Below, in pieces: positions 25,504-39,500 of a DNA stretch of 64,000 nt (positions are counted from its first letter, which is position 1; the number at the start of each line of letters is the position of its first letter). The translations under genes and the position numbers were made by a program. Under the pieces are notes generated by a model. The model had not been told where the DNA came from, ran no database searches, and worked only from the letters and a program-made list of their open reading frames with translations. This DNA comes from Eledone cirrhosa (Eukaryota): assembly GCA_964016885.1 (NCBI GenBank), contig OZ024759.1, positions 6,510,001 through 6,574,000 on the forward strand. Direction: 5' to 3'.

Positions 25504-25697
25504 GAAGGTACATGGCTAAGTGGTTAGAGCATTGGGCTTACAATAGTGAGGTTGTGAGTTCAATTCTCAGACCGGGTGATGTGTTGTGTCCTTGAGCAAG
25601 ACACTTTATTTCACATTGCTCCAGTTTACTCAGCTGTAGAGTTGTGACGTCACTGGTACCAAGCTGTATCGGGCATTGCCTTTCTCTTGGACAATAT
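25504..25697 (+). mobile_element. tRNA-derived SINE family A (head, CORE-like region and start of a non-RTE tail)
   Basis: A/B boxes and CORE-like region nearly identical to the 23241 copy. Continues gacgtcactggtaccaagctgtatc...cttggac, homologous to 27544-27590. Confidence 0.8.
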
Positions 25698-25710
25698 CAT
25701 ATATAGTGTA

Positions 25711-27262
25711 TCATCATCATCATCACCGTTTTACGTCCGTTCTTCCATGCTAGCATGGGTTAGACGGGTTGTCCTGTTGTGAGCAGTGTCTAGTTAGCTG
25801 ACCATACCTTGCTCATACAGGAACTGATTTGGCTTGATTTCTACAGCTGGATGCCCTTCCTAACACCAACCTCATTTACAGTGAGTGCTGGGTGCTTTTT
25901 CGTGGCGCCTACACGTCCACTTTACAGTGTGGGCTGGGTGCTTTTTTGCCATGACACCTCCACAATCACCTTGCAGTGGGAGGGTGTGGGGGCATATTGT
26001 CTATATACTTCAGCTTGTACCCATAGGAGGTCGGGTACTCTGTATTACTGCGTGACGCCAGAGGTCACGGTCGTGTGTCATTGTCTTTGAGAGGTGTAAT
26101 TGGGTAAGGCCGGCTTTTATCACCTCATCCCAGGTCTTCTTGGGTCTCCCCACTTCGCGGTTTCCATTCACTTCTAGTGCTCTGTACCTTTTTATCCAGC
26201 TGTCATCCTTCATATGCATCACATGTCCATACCAACGCAACTGCCTCTCCTGCACACAGCATTTGATTCCTCTTATGCTCAGTCTCTCTCTCAATTCATT
26301 TATGCTTTGTCGTTCGCGTATATTACTATTACACATCCATCGGAGCATGCAGGCTTCGTTTCTTTCTAATCTACGTAAGTCTTCCACCTTCAGCGCCCAG
26401 GTCTCACTACCATGCAACATCGCTGTTCGGATACACGCATCATACAGTCTGATTTTCATTTTGCAGCTAGCAGTGGCAGTAGTTCCCTGAACTTCTTCCA
26501 TCCCGTTCTTACCCTAGTTATTGTACTTTCTGAACACCCACCTCCGCTGCTAATTCGGTCACCTAGGTAGCAGAAGCTGTCTACTGTTTCTACAGAGCCC
26601 TCCCAGAGATTGGTGGTACTTGTTTCCTGTGGCCATTTGCTGCTTGCTGTCCCAACACAGCTACTGCATGTGAAGCCTACATTCTTAATTAAGCTTCCTG
26701 AGATCCCGCTACATCTCTTGTGTACCCATTGTTTGCATTTGGGGCAGAGAATGGAGTTCCTACATACTGAGCAAGACCATTTCCCTGAGGGATTCTGTTT
26801 TCTCGTCTACTTACAAGGACCTTAGTCTTTGTATTGACTTTGAGACCCTTTCTTTCTAGTCCCTGCTTCCAAGTTTGGAATTTCTTCTCTAGTTCTACCA
26901 TAGATTCAGCTATAAGTGCGAGGTCATCAGCATACAGGAGTTCCTATGGGCATCCGGTCTTAAACTCCTCCGTTATTGCCTGCAGGACGATGATGAACAG
27001 GAGAGGGCTAAGAACAGAGCCCTGGTGGACACCAACCCGTATGCTAAATTCCTCGCTATTCTCATTGCTAATCCTAACTTTGCTGACTGCTCCCCTATAC
27101 ATGGCTTGTACAGCTTTCACAAGCCATTCATCTACTCCTAGTTTTCTAAGAGCCCACCAGATTACAGCACGTGGAACTCTGTCAAAGGCTTTCTCGAGAT
27201 CGACGAATGCCGGGTAGAGTGGCTTACTTTTAGCTAGGTACTTTTCCTGTAACTGCCTCACA
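25711..27262 (-). mobile_element. 5'-truncated, decayed RTE-clade LINE (reverse transcriptase pseudogene with 3' UTR and (TGA)n tail)
   Basis: RT motifs FVDLEKAFDRVPR, GVHQGSVLSPLLF and GCP*ELLYADDL (YADD at 26923-26934, in-frame stop). Downstream motifs LHGSETW, LRWYGHV, GRPKKTW and DRDLWR. Frameshifts present. Confidence 0.92.
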
Positions 27263-27299
27263 TGTGTATATATAATGTATATATAGTGTATATATAATT

Positions 27300-27487
27300 G
27301 TTTCGACTTTTGGCACAAGGCCAGCAAGTACCCAGTACATTACTGGTACTTTATTTTATTGACCCCGTAAGGATGAAAGGCAATGTTAACCTCGGCGGGA
27401 TTTTAACTCAGACCATAAAGGGCCTTAACACTTTGCTGCAAAGCATAACGTCCGACCCTCTACCGATACTGCCAATCCACCGCCCTA
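27300..27487 (-). mobile_element. SINE family B, unexpanded copy
   Basis: Reverse complement begins agggcggtggattggcagtatcggtagagggtcggac and continues with the family-B body. Confidence 0.85.
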
Positions 27488-27543
27488 TATAGTGTATATA
27501 TAATGTATATATAGTGTATATATAGTATATATATATGAGATAA

Positions 27544-27583
27544 GATGTCACTGGTGTCAAGAGGTATCAGCCATTGTCTTTCC
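27544..27583 (+). mobile_element. SINE family A tail segment immediately 5' of the 69-bp array
   Basis: gatgtcactggtgtcaagaggtatcagccattgtctttcccttggac is homologous to 25646-25692. Confidence 0.7.
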
Positions 27584-30500
27584 CTTGGACATCATCAGTG
27601 GTGTGGAGAGGAGACTGGTATATATGGGGGAGTACTGGTCTTACATAAACCTTGGACATCATTGGTGGTGTGGAGAGGAGACTGGTATATATGGGAGACT
27701 ACTGGTCTTACATAAATCTTGGACATCATCGGTGGTGTGGAGAGGAGAGACTGGTATATATGGGAGACTACTGGTCTTACATAAATCTTGGACATCATCG
27801 GTGGTGTGGAGAGGAGAGACTGGTATATATGGGAGACTACTGGTCTTACATAAACCTTGGACATCATTGGTGGTGTGGAGAGGAGAGACTGGTATATATG
27901 GGAGACTACTGGTCTTACATAAACCTTGGACATCATCAGTGGTGTGGAGAGGAGAGACTGGTATATATGGGAGACTGCTGGTCTTACACAAACCTTGGAC
28001 ATTATCAGTGGTGTGGAGAGGAGACTGGTATATATGGGAGACTACTGGTCTTACACAAACCTTGGACATCATTGGTGGTGTGGAGAGGAGAGACTGGTAT
28101 ATATGGGAGACTACTGGTCTTACACAAACCTTGGACATCATTGGTGGTGTGGAGGGGAGAGACTGGTATATATGGGAGACTACTGGTCTTACACAAACCT
28201 TGGACATCATTGGTGGTGTGGAGAGGAGACTGGTATACATGGGAGACTGCTGGTCTTACACAAACATTGGACATCATTTCTGGTGTGGAGAGGAGAGACT
28301 GCTATATATGGGAGACTACTGGTCTTACGTAAACCTTGGACATCATCGGTGGTGTGGAGAGGAGAGACTGGTATATATGGGGGACTACTGGTCTTACACA
28401 AACCTTGGATATCATCGGTGGTGTGGAGAGGAGAGACTGGTATATATAGGAGACTACTGGTCTTACATAAACCTTGGACATCATTGGTGGTGTGGAGAGG
28501 TGAGACTGGTATATATGGGAGACTACTGGTCTTACATAAACCTTGGACATCATCAGTGGTGTGGAGAGGAGAGACTGGTATATATGGGAGACTACTGGTC
28601 TTACGCAAACCTTGGACATCATCAGTGGTGTGGAGAGGAGAGACTGGTATATATGGGAGACTACTGGTCTTACACAAACCTTGGACATCATTGGTGGTGT
28701 GGAGAGGAGAGACTGGTATATATGGGAGACTACTGGTCTTACACAAACCTTGGACATCATCAGTGGTGTGGAGAGGAGAGACTGGTATATATGGGAGACT
28801 ACTGGTCTTACGCAAACCTTGGGCATCATCAGTGGTGTGGAGAGGAGAGACTGGTATATATGGGAGACTACTGGTCTTACGCAAACCTTGGACATCATCA
28901 GTGGTGTGGAGAGGAGAGACTGGTATATATGGGGGACTACTGGTCTTACATAAACCTTGGACATCATCGGTAGTGTGGAGAGGAGAGACTGGTATATCTG
29001 GGAGACTACTGGTCTTACACAAACCTTGGGCATCATCGGTTGTGTGGAGAGGAGAGACTGGTATATCTGGGAGACTACTGGTCTTACATAAACCTTGGAC
29101 ATCATCGGTGGTGTGGAGAGGAGAGACTGGTATATATGGGAGACTACTGGTCTTACATAAACCTTGGACATCGTCGGTGGTGTGGAGAGGAGAGACTGGT
29201 ATATCTGGGAGACTACTGGTCTTACATAAACCTTGGACATCGTCGGTGGTGTGGAGAGGAGAGACTGGTATATCTGGGAGACTACTGGTCTTACACAAAC
29301 CTTGGACATCATCAGTGGTGTGGAGAGGAGAGACGGGTATATATGGGAGACTACTGGTCTTACACAAACCTTGGACATCGTCGGTGGTGTGGAGAGGAGA
29401 GACTGGTATATCTGGGAGACTACTGGTCTTACATAAACCTTGGACATCGTCGGTGGTGTGGAGAGGAGAGACTGGTATATCTGGGAGACTACTGGTCTTA
29501 CATAAACCTTGGACATCGTCGGTGGTGTGGAGAGGAGAGACTGGTATATCTGGGAGACTACTGGTCTTACACAAACCTTGGACATCATCAGTGGTGTGGA
29601 GAGGAGAGACGGGTATATATGGGAGACTACTGGTCTTACACAAACCTTGGACATCATCAGTGGTGTGGAGAGGAGAGACTGGTATATATGGGAGACTACT
29701 GGTCTTACATAAACCTTGGACATCATCAGTGGTGTGGAGAGGAGAGACTGGTATATAGGGGAGACTGCTGGTCTTACATAAACCTTGGAAATCATTGGTG
29801 GTGTGGAGAGGAGAGACTGGTATATATAGGAGACTACTGGTCTTACATAAACCTTGGACATCATCGGTGGTGTGGAGAGGAGAGACTGGTATATATGGGA
29901 GACTACTGGTCTTACACAAACCTTGGACATTATCAATGGTGTGGAGAGGAGACTGGTATATATGGGAGACTACTGGTCTTACATAAACCTTGGACATCAT
30001 TGGTGGTGTGGAGAGGAGAGACTGGTATATCTTGGAGACTACTGGTCTTACATAAACATTGGACATCATCGGTGGTGTGGAGAGGAGAGACTGGTATATA
30101 TGGGAGACTACTGGTCTTACATAAACATTGGACATCATCGATGGTGTGGAGAGGAGAGACTGGTATATATGGGAGACTACTGGTGTCACACAAAGCTTGG
30201 ACATCATCAGTGGTGTGGAGAGGAGAGACTGGTATATTTGGGAGACTACTCGTCTTACACAAACCTTGGACATCATTGGTGGTGTGGAGAGGAGAGACTG
30301 GTATATATGGGAGACTACTGGTCTTACATAAACCTTGGACATCATTGGTGGTGTGGAGAGGAGAGACTGGTATATATGGGAGACTACTGGTCTTACACAA
30401 ACCTTGGCCATCATCGGTGGTGCGGAGAGGAGAGACTGGTATATATGGGAGAATACTGGCCTTACATAAACATTGGACATCATCGGTGGTGTGGAGAGGA

Positions 30501-33500
30501 GAGATTGGTATATATGGGAAACTACTGGTCTTACACAAACCTTGGACATCATCGGTGGTGTGGAGAGGAGAGACTGGTATATATGGGAGACTACTGGTCT
30601 TACAAAAAACCTTGGACATCATCGGTGGTGTGGAGAGGAGAGACTGGTATATATGGGAGAATACTGGTCTTACATAAACATTGGACATCATTGGCGGTGT
30701 GGAGAGGAGAGACTGGTATATATGGGAGACTACTGGTCTTACACAAACCTTGGACATCATTGGTGGTGTGGAGAGGAGAGACTGGTATATATGGGAGACT
30801 ACTGGTCTTACATAAACCTTGGACATCATTGGTGGTGTGGAGAGGAGAGACTGGTATATATGGGAGACTACTGGTCTTACACAAACCTTGGACATCATCG
30901 GTGGTGTGGAGAGGAGAGACTGGTATATATGGGAGACTACTGGTCTTACACAAACATTGGACATCATCGGTGGTGTGGAGAGGAGAGACTGGTATATCTG
31001 GGAGACTACTGGTCTTACACAAACCTTGGACATCATCGGTGGTGTGAAGAGGAGAGACTGGTATATATGGGAGTATAATGGTCTTACACAAACCTTGGTC
31101 ATCATCAGTGGTGTGGAGAGGAGAGACTGGTATATATGGGAGACTACTGGTCTTACACAAACCTTGGACATCATCAGTGGTGTGGAGAGGAGAGACTGGT
31201 ATATATGGGAGACTACTGGTCTTACACAAACCTTGGACATCATCGGTGGTGTGGAGAGGAGAGACTGGTATATATGGGAGACTACTGGTCTTACACAAAC
31301 CTTGGACATCATCAGTGGTGTGGAGAGGAGAGACTGGTATATATGGGAGACTACTGGTCTTACACAAACCTTGGACAACATCAGTGGTGTGGAGAGGAGA
31401 GACTGGTATATATGGGAGACTACTGGTCTTACACAAACCTTGGACATCATCGGTGGTGTGGAGAGGAGAGACTGGTATATATGGGAGACTACTGGTCTTA
31501 CACAAACCTTGGACATTATCAGTAGTGTAGAGAGGAGACTGGTATATATGGGAGACTACTGGTCTTACATAAACCTTGGACATCATCGGTGGTGTGGAGA
31601 GGAGACTGGTATATATGGGAGACTACTGGTCTTACACAAACCTTGGACATCATCGGTGGTGTGGAGAGGAGAGACTGGTATATATGGGAGACTACTGGTC
31701 TTACACAAACCTTGGACATTATCAGTAGTGTAGAGAGGAGACTGGTATATATGGGAGACTACTGGTCTTACATAAACCTTGGACATCATCGGTGGTGTGG
31801 AGAGGAGAGACTGGTATATATGGGAGACTACTGGTCTTACACAAACCTTGGACATTATCAGTGGTGTGGAGAGGAGACTGGTATATATGGGGGACTACTG
31901 GTCTTACATAAACCTTGGACATCATCAGTGGTGTGGAGAGGAGTCTTGTATATATGGGGGACTACTGGTCTCACATAAACCTTGGACATCATTGGTGGTG
32001 TGGAGACGAGAGACTGGTATATATGGGAGACTACTGGTCTTACACAAACCTTGGACATCATCGGTGGTGTGAAGAGGAGAGACTGGTATATATGGGAGAA
32101 TAATGGTCTTACACAAACCTTGGTCATCATCAGTGGTGTGGAGAGGAGAGACTGGTATATATGGGAGACTACTGGTCTTACACAAACCTTGGACATCATC
32201 AGTGGTGTGGAGAGGAGAGACTGGTATATATGGGAGACTACTGGTCTTACACAAACCTTGGACATCATCAGTGGTGTGGAGAGGAGAGACTGGTATATAT
32301 GGGAGACTACTGGTCTTACACAAACCTTATACATCATTGGTGGTGTGGAGAGGAGAGACTGGTATATATGGGAGACTACTGGTCTTACACAAACCTTGGA
32401 CATCATCGGTCATGTGGAGAGGAGAGACTGGTATATATGGGAGACTACTGGTCTTACACAAACCTTAGACATCATCGGTGGTGTGGAGAGGAGAGACTGG
32501 TATATATGGGAGATTACTGGTCTTACACAAACCTTGGACATCATTGGTGGTGTGGAGAGGAGACACTGGTATATATGGGAGACTACTGGTCTTACACAAA
32601 CCTTAGACATCATCGGTGGTGTGGAGAGGAGAGACTGGTATATCTGGGAGACTACTGGTCTTACACAAACCTTAGACATCATCGGTGGTGTGGAGAGGAG
32701 AGACTGGTATATATGGGAGACTACTGGTCTTACATAAACCTTGGACATCATCGGTGGTGTGGAGAGGAGAGACTGGTATATATGGGAGACTACTGGTCTT
32801 ACACAAACCTTGGACATCATCGGTGGTGTGGAGAGGAGAGACTGGTATATATGGGAGAGTAATGGTCTTACACAAACCTCGGACATCATCAGTGGTGTGG
32901 AGAGGAGAGACTGGTATATATGGGAGATTACTGGTCTTACACAAACCTTGGACATCATCGATGGTGTGGAGAGGAGAGACTGGTATATATGGGAGATTAC
33001 TGGTCTTACACAAACTTTGGACATCATCGGTGGTGTGGAAAGGAGAGACTGGTATATATGGGAGACTACTGGTCTTACACAAACCTTGGACATTATCAAT
33101 GGTGTGGAGAGGAGACTGGTATATATGGGAGACTACTGGTCTTACACAAACCTTGGACAGCATCGGTGGTGTGGAGAGGAGAGACTGGTATATATGGGAG
33201 AGTGATGGTCTTACACAAACCTTGGACATCATCGGTGGTGTGGAGAGGAGAGACTGGTATATATGGGAGACTACTGGTCTTACACAAACCTTGGCCATCA
33301 TCGGTGGTGCGGAGAGGAGAGACTGGTATATATGGGAGAATACTGGCCTTACATAAACATTGGACATCATCGGTGGTGTGGAGAGGAGAGATTGGTATAT
33401 ATGGGAAACTACTGGTCTTACACAAACCTTGGACATCATCGGTGGTGTGGAGAGGAGAGACTGGTATATATGGGAGACTATTGGTCTTACATAAACCTTG

Positions 33501-36500
33501 GACAACATTGGTGGTGTGGAGAGGAGAGACTGGTATCTATGGGAGACTACTGGTCTTACACAAACCTTGGACATCATGGGTGGTGTGGAGAGGAGAGACT
33601 GGTATATATGGGAGACTACTGGTCTTACACAAACCTTGGACATCATTGGTGGTGTGGAGAGGAGAGACTGGTATATATGGGAGACTACTGGTCTTACACA
33701 AACCTTGGACATCATTGGTGGTGTGGAGAGGAGAGACTGGTATATATGGGAGACTACTGGTCTTACACAAACCTTGGACATCATCGGTGGTGTGGAGAGG
33801 AGAGACTGGTATATATGGGAGACTACTGGTCTTACATAAACCTTGGACATCATTGGTGGTGTGGAGAGGAGAGACTGGTATATATGGGAGACTACTGGTC
33901 TTACACAAACCTTGGACATCATCGGTGGTGTGGAGAGGAGAGACTGGTATATATGGGAGACTACTGGTCTTACACAAACCTTGGACATCATCGGTGGTGT
34001 GGAGAGGAGAGACTGGTATATATGGGAGACTACTGGTCTTACACAAACCTTGGACATCATCAGTGGTGTGGAGAGGAGAGACTGGTATATATGGGAGACT
34101 ACTGGTCTTACACAAACCTTGGACATCATTGGTGGTGTGGAGAGGAGAGACTGGTATATATGGGAGACTACTGGTCTTACACAAACCTTGGACATCATCA
34201 GTGGTGTGGAGAGGAGAGACTGGTATATCTGGGAGACTACTGGTCTTACATAAACATTGGACATCATCGGTGGTGTGGAGAGGAGAGACTGGTATATCTG
34301 GGAGACTACTGGTCTTACATAAACATTGGACATCATCGGTGGTGTGGAGAGGAGAGACTGGTATATATGGGAGACTACTGGTCTTACACAAACCTTGGAC
34401 ATCATTGGTGGTGTGGAGAGGAGAGACTGGTATATATGGGAGACTACTGGTCTTACACAAACCTTGGACATCATCAGTGGTGTGGAGAGGAGAGACTGGT
34501 ATATCTGGGAGACTACTGGTCTTACATAAACATTGGACATCATCGGTGGTGTGGAGAGGAGAGACTGGTATATCTGGGAGACTACTGGTCTTACATAAAC
34601 ATTGGACATCATCGGTGGTGTGGAGAGGAGAGACTGGTATATATGGGAGACTACTGGTCTTACACAAACCTTGGACATTATCAGTAGTGTAGAGAGGAGA
34701 CTGGTATATATGGGAGACTACTGGTCTTACACAAACCTTGGACATCATCGGTGGTGTGGAGAGGAGAGACTGGTATATATGGGGGACTACTGGTCTTACA
34801 CAAACCTTGGACATTATCAGTAGTGTAGAGAGGAGACTGGTATATATGGGGGACTACTTGTCTTACATAAACCTTGGACATCATCAGTGGTGTGGAGAGG
34901 AGTCTTGTATATATGGGGGACTACTGGTCTCACATAAACCTTGGACATCATTGGTGGTGTGGAGACGAGAGACTGGTATATCTGGGAGACTACTGGTCTT
35001 ACACAAACCTTGGACATCATCGGTGGTGTGAAGAGGAGAGACTGGTATATATGGGAGAATAATGGTCTTACACAAACCTTGGTCATCATCAGTGGTGTGG
35101 AGAGGAGACTGGTATATATGGGAGACTACTGGTCTTACACAAACCTTGGACATCATCAGTGGTGTGGAGAGGAGAGACTGGTATATATGGGAGACTACTG
35201 GTCTTACACAAACCTTGGACATCATCAGTGGTGTGGAGAGGAGAGACTGGTATATATGGGAGACTACTGGTCTTACACAAACCTTGGACATCATCGGTGG
35301 ATGTTGAGAGGAGAGACTGGTATATGTGGGAGACTACTGGTCTTACACAAACCTTGGACATCATCAGTGGTGTGGAGAGGAGAGACTGGTATATATGGGA
35401 GACTACTGGTCTTACACAAACCTTGGACATCATTGGTGGTGTGGAGAGGAGAGACTGGTATATATGGGAGACTACTGGTCTTACACAAACCTTGGACATC
35501 ATCGGTGGTGTGGAGAGGAGAGACTGGTATATATGGGAGACTACTGGTCTTACACAAACCTTGGACATCATCGGTGGTGTGGAGAGGAGAGACTGGTATA
35601 TATGGGGGACTACTGGTCTTACATAAACCTTGGACATCATTGGTGGTGTGGAGAGGAGAGACTGGTATATATGGGAGACTACTGGTCTTACACAAACCTT
35701 GGACATTATCAGTAGTGTAGAGAGGAGACTGGTATATATGGGAGACTACTGGTCTTACATAAACCTTGGACATCATCGGTGGTGTGGAGAGGAGACTGGT
35801 ATATATGGGAGACTACTGGTCTTACACAAACCTTGGACATCATCGGTGGTGTGGAGAGGAGAGACTGGTATATATGGGAGACTACTGGTCTTACACAAAC
35901 CTTGGACATTATCAGTAGTGTAGAGAGGAGACTGGTATATATGGGGGACTACTGGTCTTACATAAACCTTGGACATCATCAGTGGTGTGGAGAGGAGTCT
36001 TGTATATATGGGGGACTACTGGTCTCACATAAACCTTGGACATCATTGGTGGTGTGGAGACGAGAGACTGGTATATCTGGGAGACTACTGGTCTTACACA
36101 AACCTTGGACATCATCGGTGGTGTGAAGAGGAGAGACTGGTATATATGGGAGAATAATGGTCTTACACAAACCTTGGTCATCATTAGTGGTGTGGAGAGG
36201 AGAGACTGGTATATATGGGAGACTACTGGTCTTACACAAACCTTGGACATCATCAGTGGTGTGGAGAGGAGAGACTGGTATATATGGGAGACTACTGGTC
36301 TTACACAAACCTTGGACATCATCGGTGGTGTGGAGAGGAGAGACTGGTATATATGGGAGACTACTGGTCTTACACAAACCTTATACATCATTGGTGGTGT
36401 GGAGAGGAGAGACTGGTATATATGGGAGACTACTGGTCTTACACAAACCTTGGACATCATCGGTGGTGTGGAGAGGAGAGACTGGTATATATGGGAGACT

Positions 36501-39500
36501 ACTGGTCTTACACAAACCTTAGACATCATCGGTGGTGTGGAGAGGAGAGACTGGTATATATGGGAGATTACTGGTCTTACACAAACCTTGAACATCATCG
36601 GTGGTGTGGAGAGGAGAGACTGGTATATATGGGAGATTACTGGTCTTACACAAACCTTGGACATCCTCGGTGGTGTGGAGAGGAGAGACTGGTATATATG
36701 GGAGATTACTGGTCTTACACAAACCTTAGACATCATCGGTGGTGTGGAGAGGAGAGACTGGTATATATGGGAGACTACTGGTCTTACACAAACCTTGGTC
36801 ATCATTGGTGGTGTGGAGAGGAGAGACTGGTATATATGGGAGACTACTGGTCTTACACAAACCTTGGTCATCATCGGTGGTGTGGAGAGGAGAGACTGGT
36901 ATATATGGGAGACTACTGGTCTTACACAAACCTTAGACATCATCGGTGGTGTGGAGAGGAGAGACTGGTATATCTGGGAGACTACTGGTCTTACACAAAC
37001 CTTAGACATCATCGGCGGTGTGGAGAGGAGACTGCTATATATGGGAGACTACTGGTCTTACACAAACCTTGGACATCATCGGTGGTGTGGAGAGGAGAGA
37101 CTGGTATATATGGGAGAGTGATGGTCTTACACAAACCTTGGACATCATCGGTGGTGTGGAGAGGAGAGACTGGTATATATGGGAGAGTAATGGTCTTACA
37201 CAAACCTCGGACATCATCAGTGGTGTGGAGAGGAGAGACTGGTATATATGGGAGACTACTGGTCTTACACAAACTTTGGACATCATCGGTGGTGTGGAAA
37301 GGAGAGACTGGTATATATGGGAGACTACTGGTCTTACACAAACCTTGGACATTATCAATGGTGTGGAGAGGAGACTGGTATATATGGGAGACTACTGGTC
37401 TTACACAAACCTTGGACAGCATCGGTGGTGTGGAGAGGAGAGACTGGTATATATGGGAGAGTGATGGTCTTACACAAACCTTGGACATCATCGGTGGTGT
37501 GGAGAGGAGAGACTGGTATATATGGGAGACTACTGGTCTTACACAAACCTTGGCCATCATCGGTGGTGCGGAGAGGAGAGACTGGTATATATGGGAGAAT
37601 ACTGGCCTTACATAAACATTGGACATCATCGGTGGTGTGGAGAGGAGAGATTGGTATATATGGGAAACTACTGGTCTTACACAAACCTTGGACATCATCG
37701 GTGGTGTGGAGAGGAGAGACTGGTATATATGGGAGACTATTGGTCTTACATAAACCTTGGACAACATTGGTGGTGTGGAGAGGAGAGACTGGTATCTATG
37801 GGAGACTACTGGTCTTACACAAACCTTGGACATCATGGGTGGTGTGGAGAGGAGAGACTGGTATATATGGGAGACTACTGGTCTTACACAAACCTTGGAC
37901 ATCATTGGTGGTGTGGAGAGGAGAGACTGGTATATATGGGAGACTACTGGTCTTACACAAACCTTGGACATCATTGGTGGTGTGGAGAGGAGAGACTGGT
38001 ATATATGGGAGACTACTGGTCTTACACAAACCTTGGACATCATTGGTGGTGTGGAGAGGAGAGACTGGTATATATGGGAGACTACTGGTCTTACACAAAC
38101 CTTGGACATCATCGGTGGTGTGGAGAGGAGAGACTGGTATATATGGGAGACTACTGGTCTTACATAAACCTTGGATATCATTGGTGGTGTGGAGAGGAGA
38201 GACTGGTATATATGGGAGACTACTGGTCTTACACAAACCTTGGACATCATCGGTGGTGTGGAGAGGAGAGACTGGTATATATGGGAGACTACTGGTCTTA
38301 CACAAACCTTGGACATCATCGGTGGTGTGGAGAGGAGAGACTGGTATATATGGGAGACTACTGGTCTTACACAAACCTTGGACATCATCAGTGGTGTGGA
38401 GAGGAGAGACTGGTATATATGGGAGACTACTGGTCTTACACAAACCTTGGACATCATTGGTGGTGTGGAGAGGAGAGACTGGTATATATGGGAGACTACT
38501 GGTCTTACACAAACCTTGGACATCATCAGTGGTGTGGAGAGGAGAGACTGGTATATCTGGGAGACTACTGGTCTTACATAAACATTGGACATCATCGGTG
38601 GTGTGGAGAGGAGAGACTGGTATATCTGGGAGACTACTGGTCTTACATAAACATTGGACATCATCGGTGGTGTGGAGAGGAGAGACTGGTATATATGGGA
38701 GACTACTGGTCTTACACAAACCTTGGACATTATCAGTAGTGTAGAGAGGAGACTGGTATATATGGGAGACTACTGGTCTTACATAAACCTTGGACATCAT
38801 CGGTGGTGTGGAGAGGAGACTGGTATATATGGGAGACTACTGGTCTTACACAAACCTTGGACATCATCGGTGGTGTGGAGAGGAGAGACTGGTATATATG
38901 GGGGACTACTGGTCTTACACAAACCTTGGACATTATCAGTAGTGTAGAGAGGAGACTGGTATATATGGGAGACTACTGGTCTTACATAAACCTTGGACAT
39001 CATCGGTGGTGTGGAGAGGAGTCTTGTATATATGGGGGACTACTGGTCTCACATAAACCTTGGACATCATTGGTGGTGTGGAGACGAGAGACTGGTATAT
39101 CTGGGAGACTACTGGTCTTACACAAACCTTGGACATCATCGGTGGTGTGAAGAGGAGAGACTGGTATATATGGGAGAATAATGGTCTTACACAAACCTTG
39201 GTCATCATCAGTGGTGTGGAGAGGAGACTGGTATATATGGGAGACTACTGGTCTTACACAAACCTTGGACATCATCAGTGGTGTGGAGAGGAGAGACTGG
39301 TATATATGGGAGACTACTGGTCTTACACAAACCTTGGACATCATCAGTGGTGTGGAGAGGAGAGACTGGTATATATGGGAGACTACTGGTCTTACACAAA
39401 CCTTGGACATCATCGGTGGTGTGGAGAGGAGAGACTGTTATATATGGGAGACTACTGGTCTTACACAAACCTTGGACATCATCAGTGGTGTGGAGAGGAG

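Noticed and set aside
25711-27327. Possible active or domesticated reverse transcriptase
   Set aside because: 5'-truncated, with an in-frame stop before ELLYADD, frameshifts and an internal deletion; a dead RTE copy.
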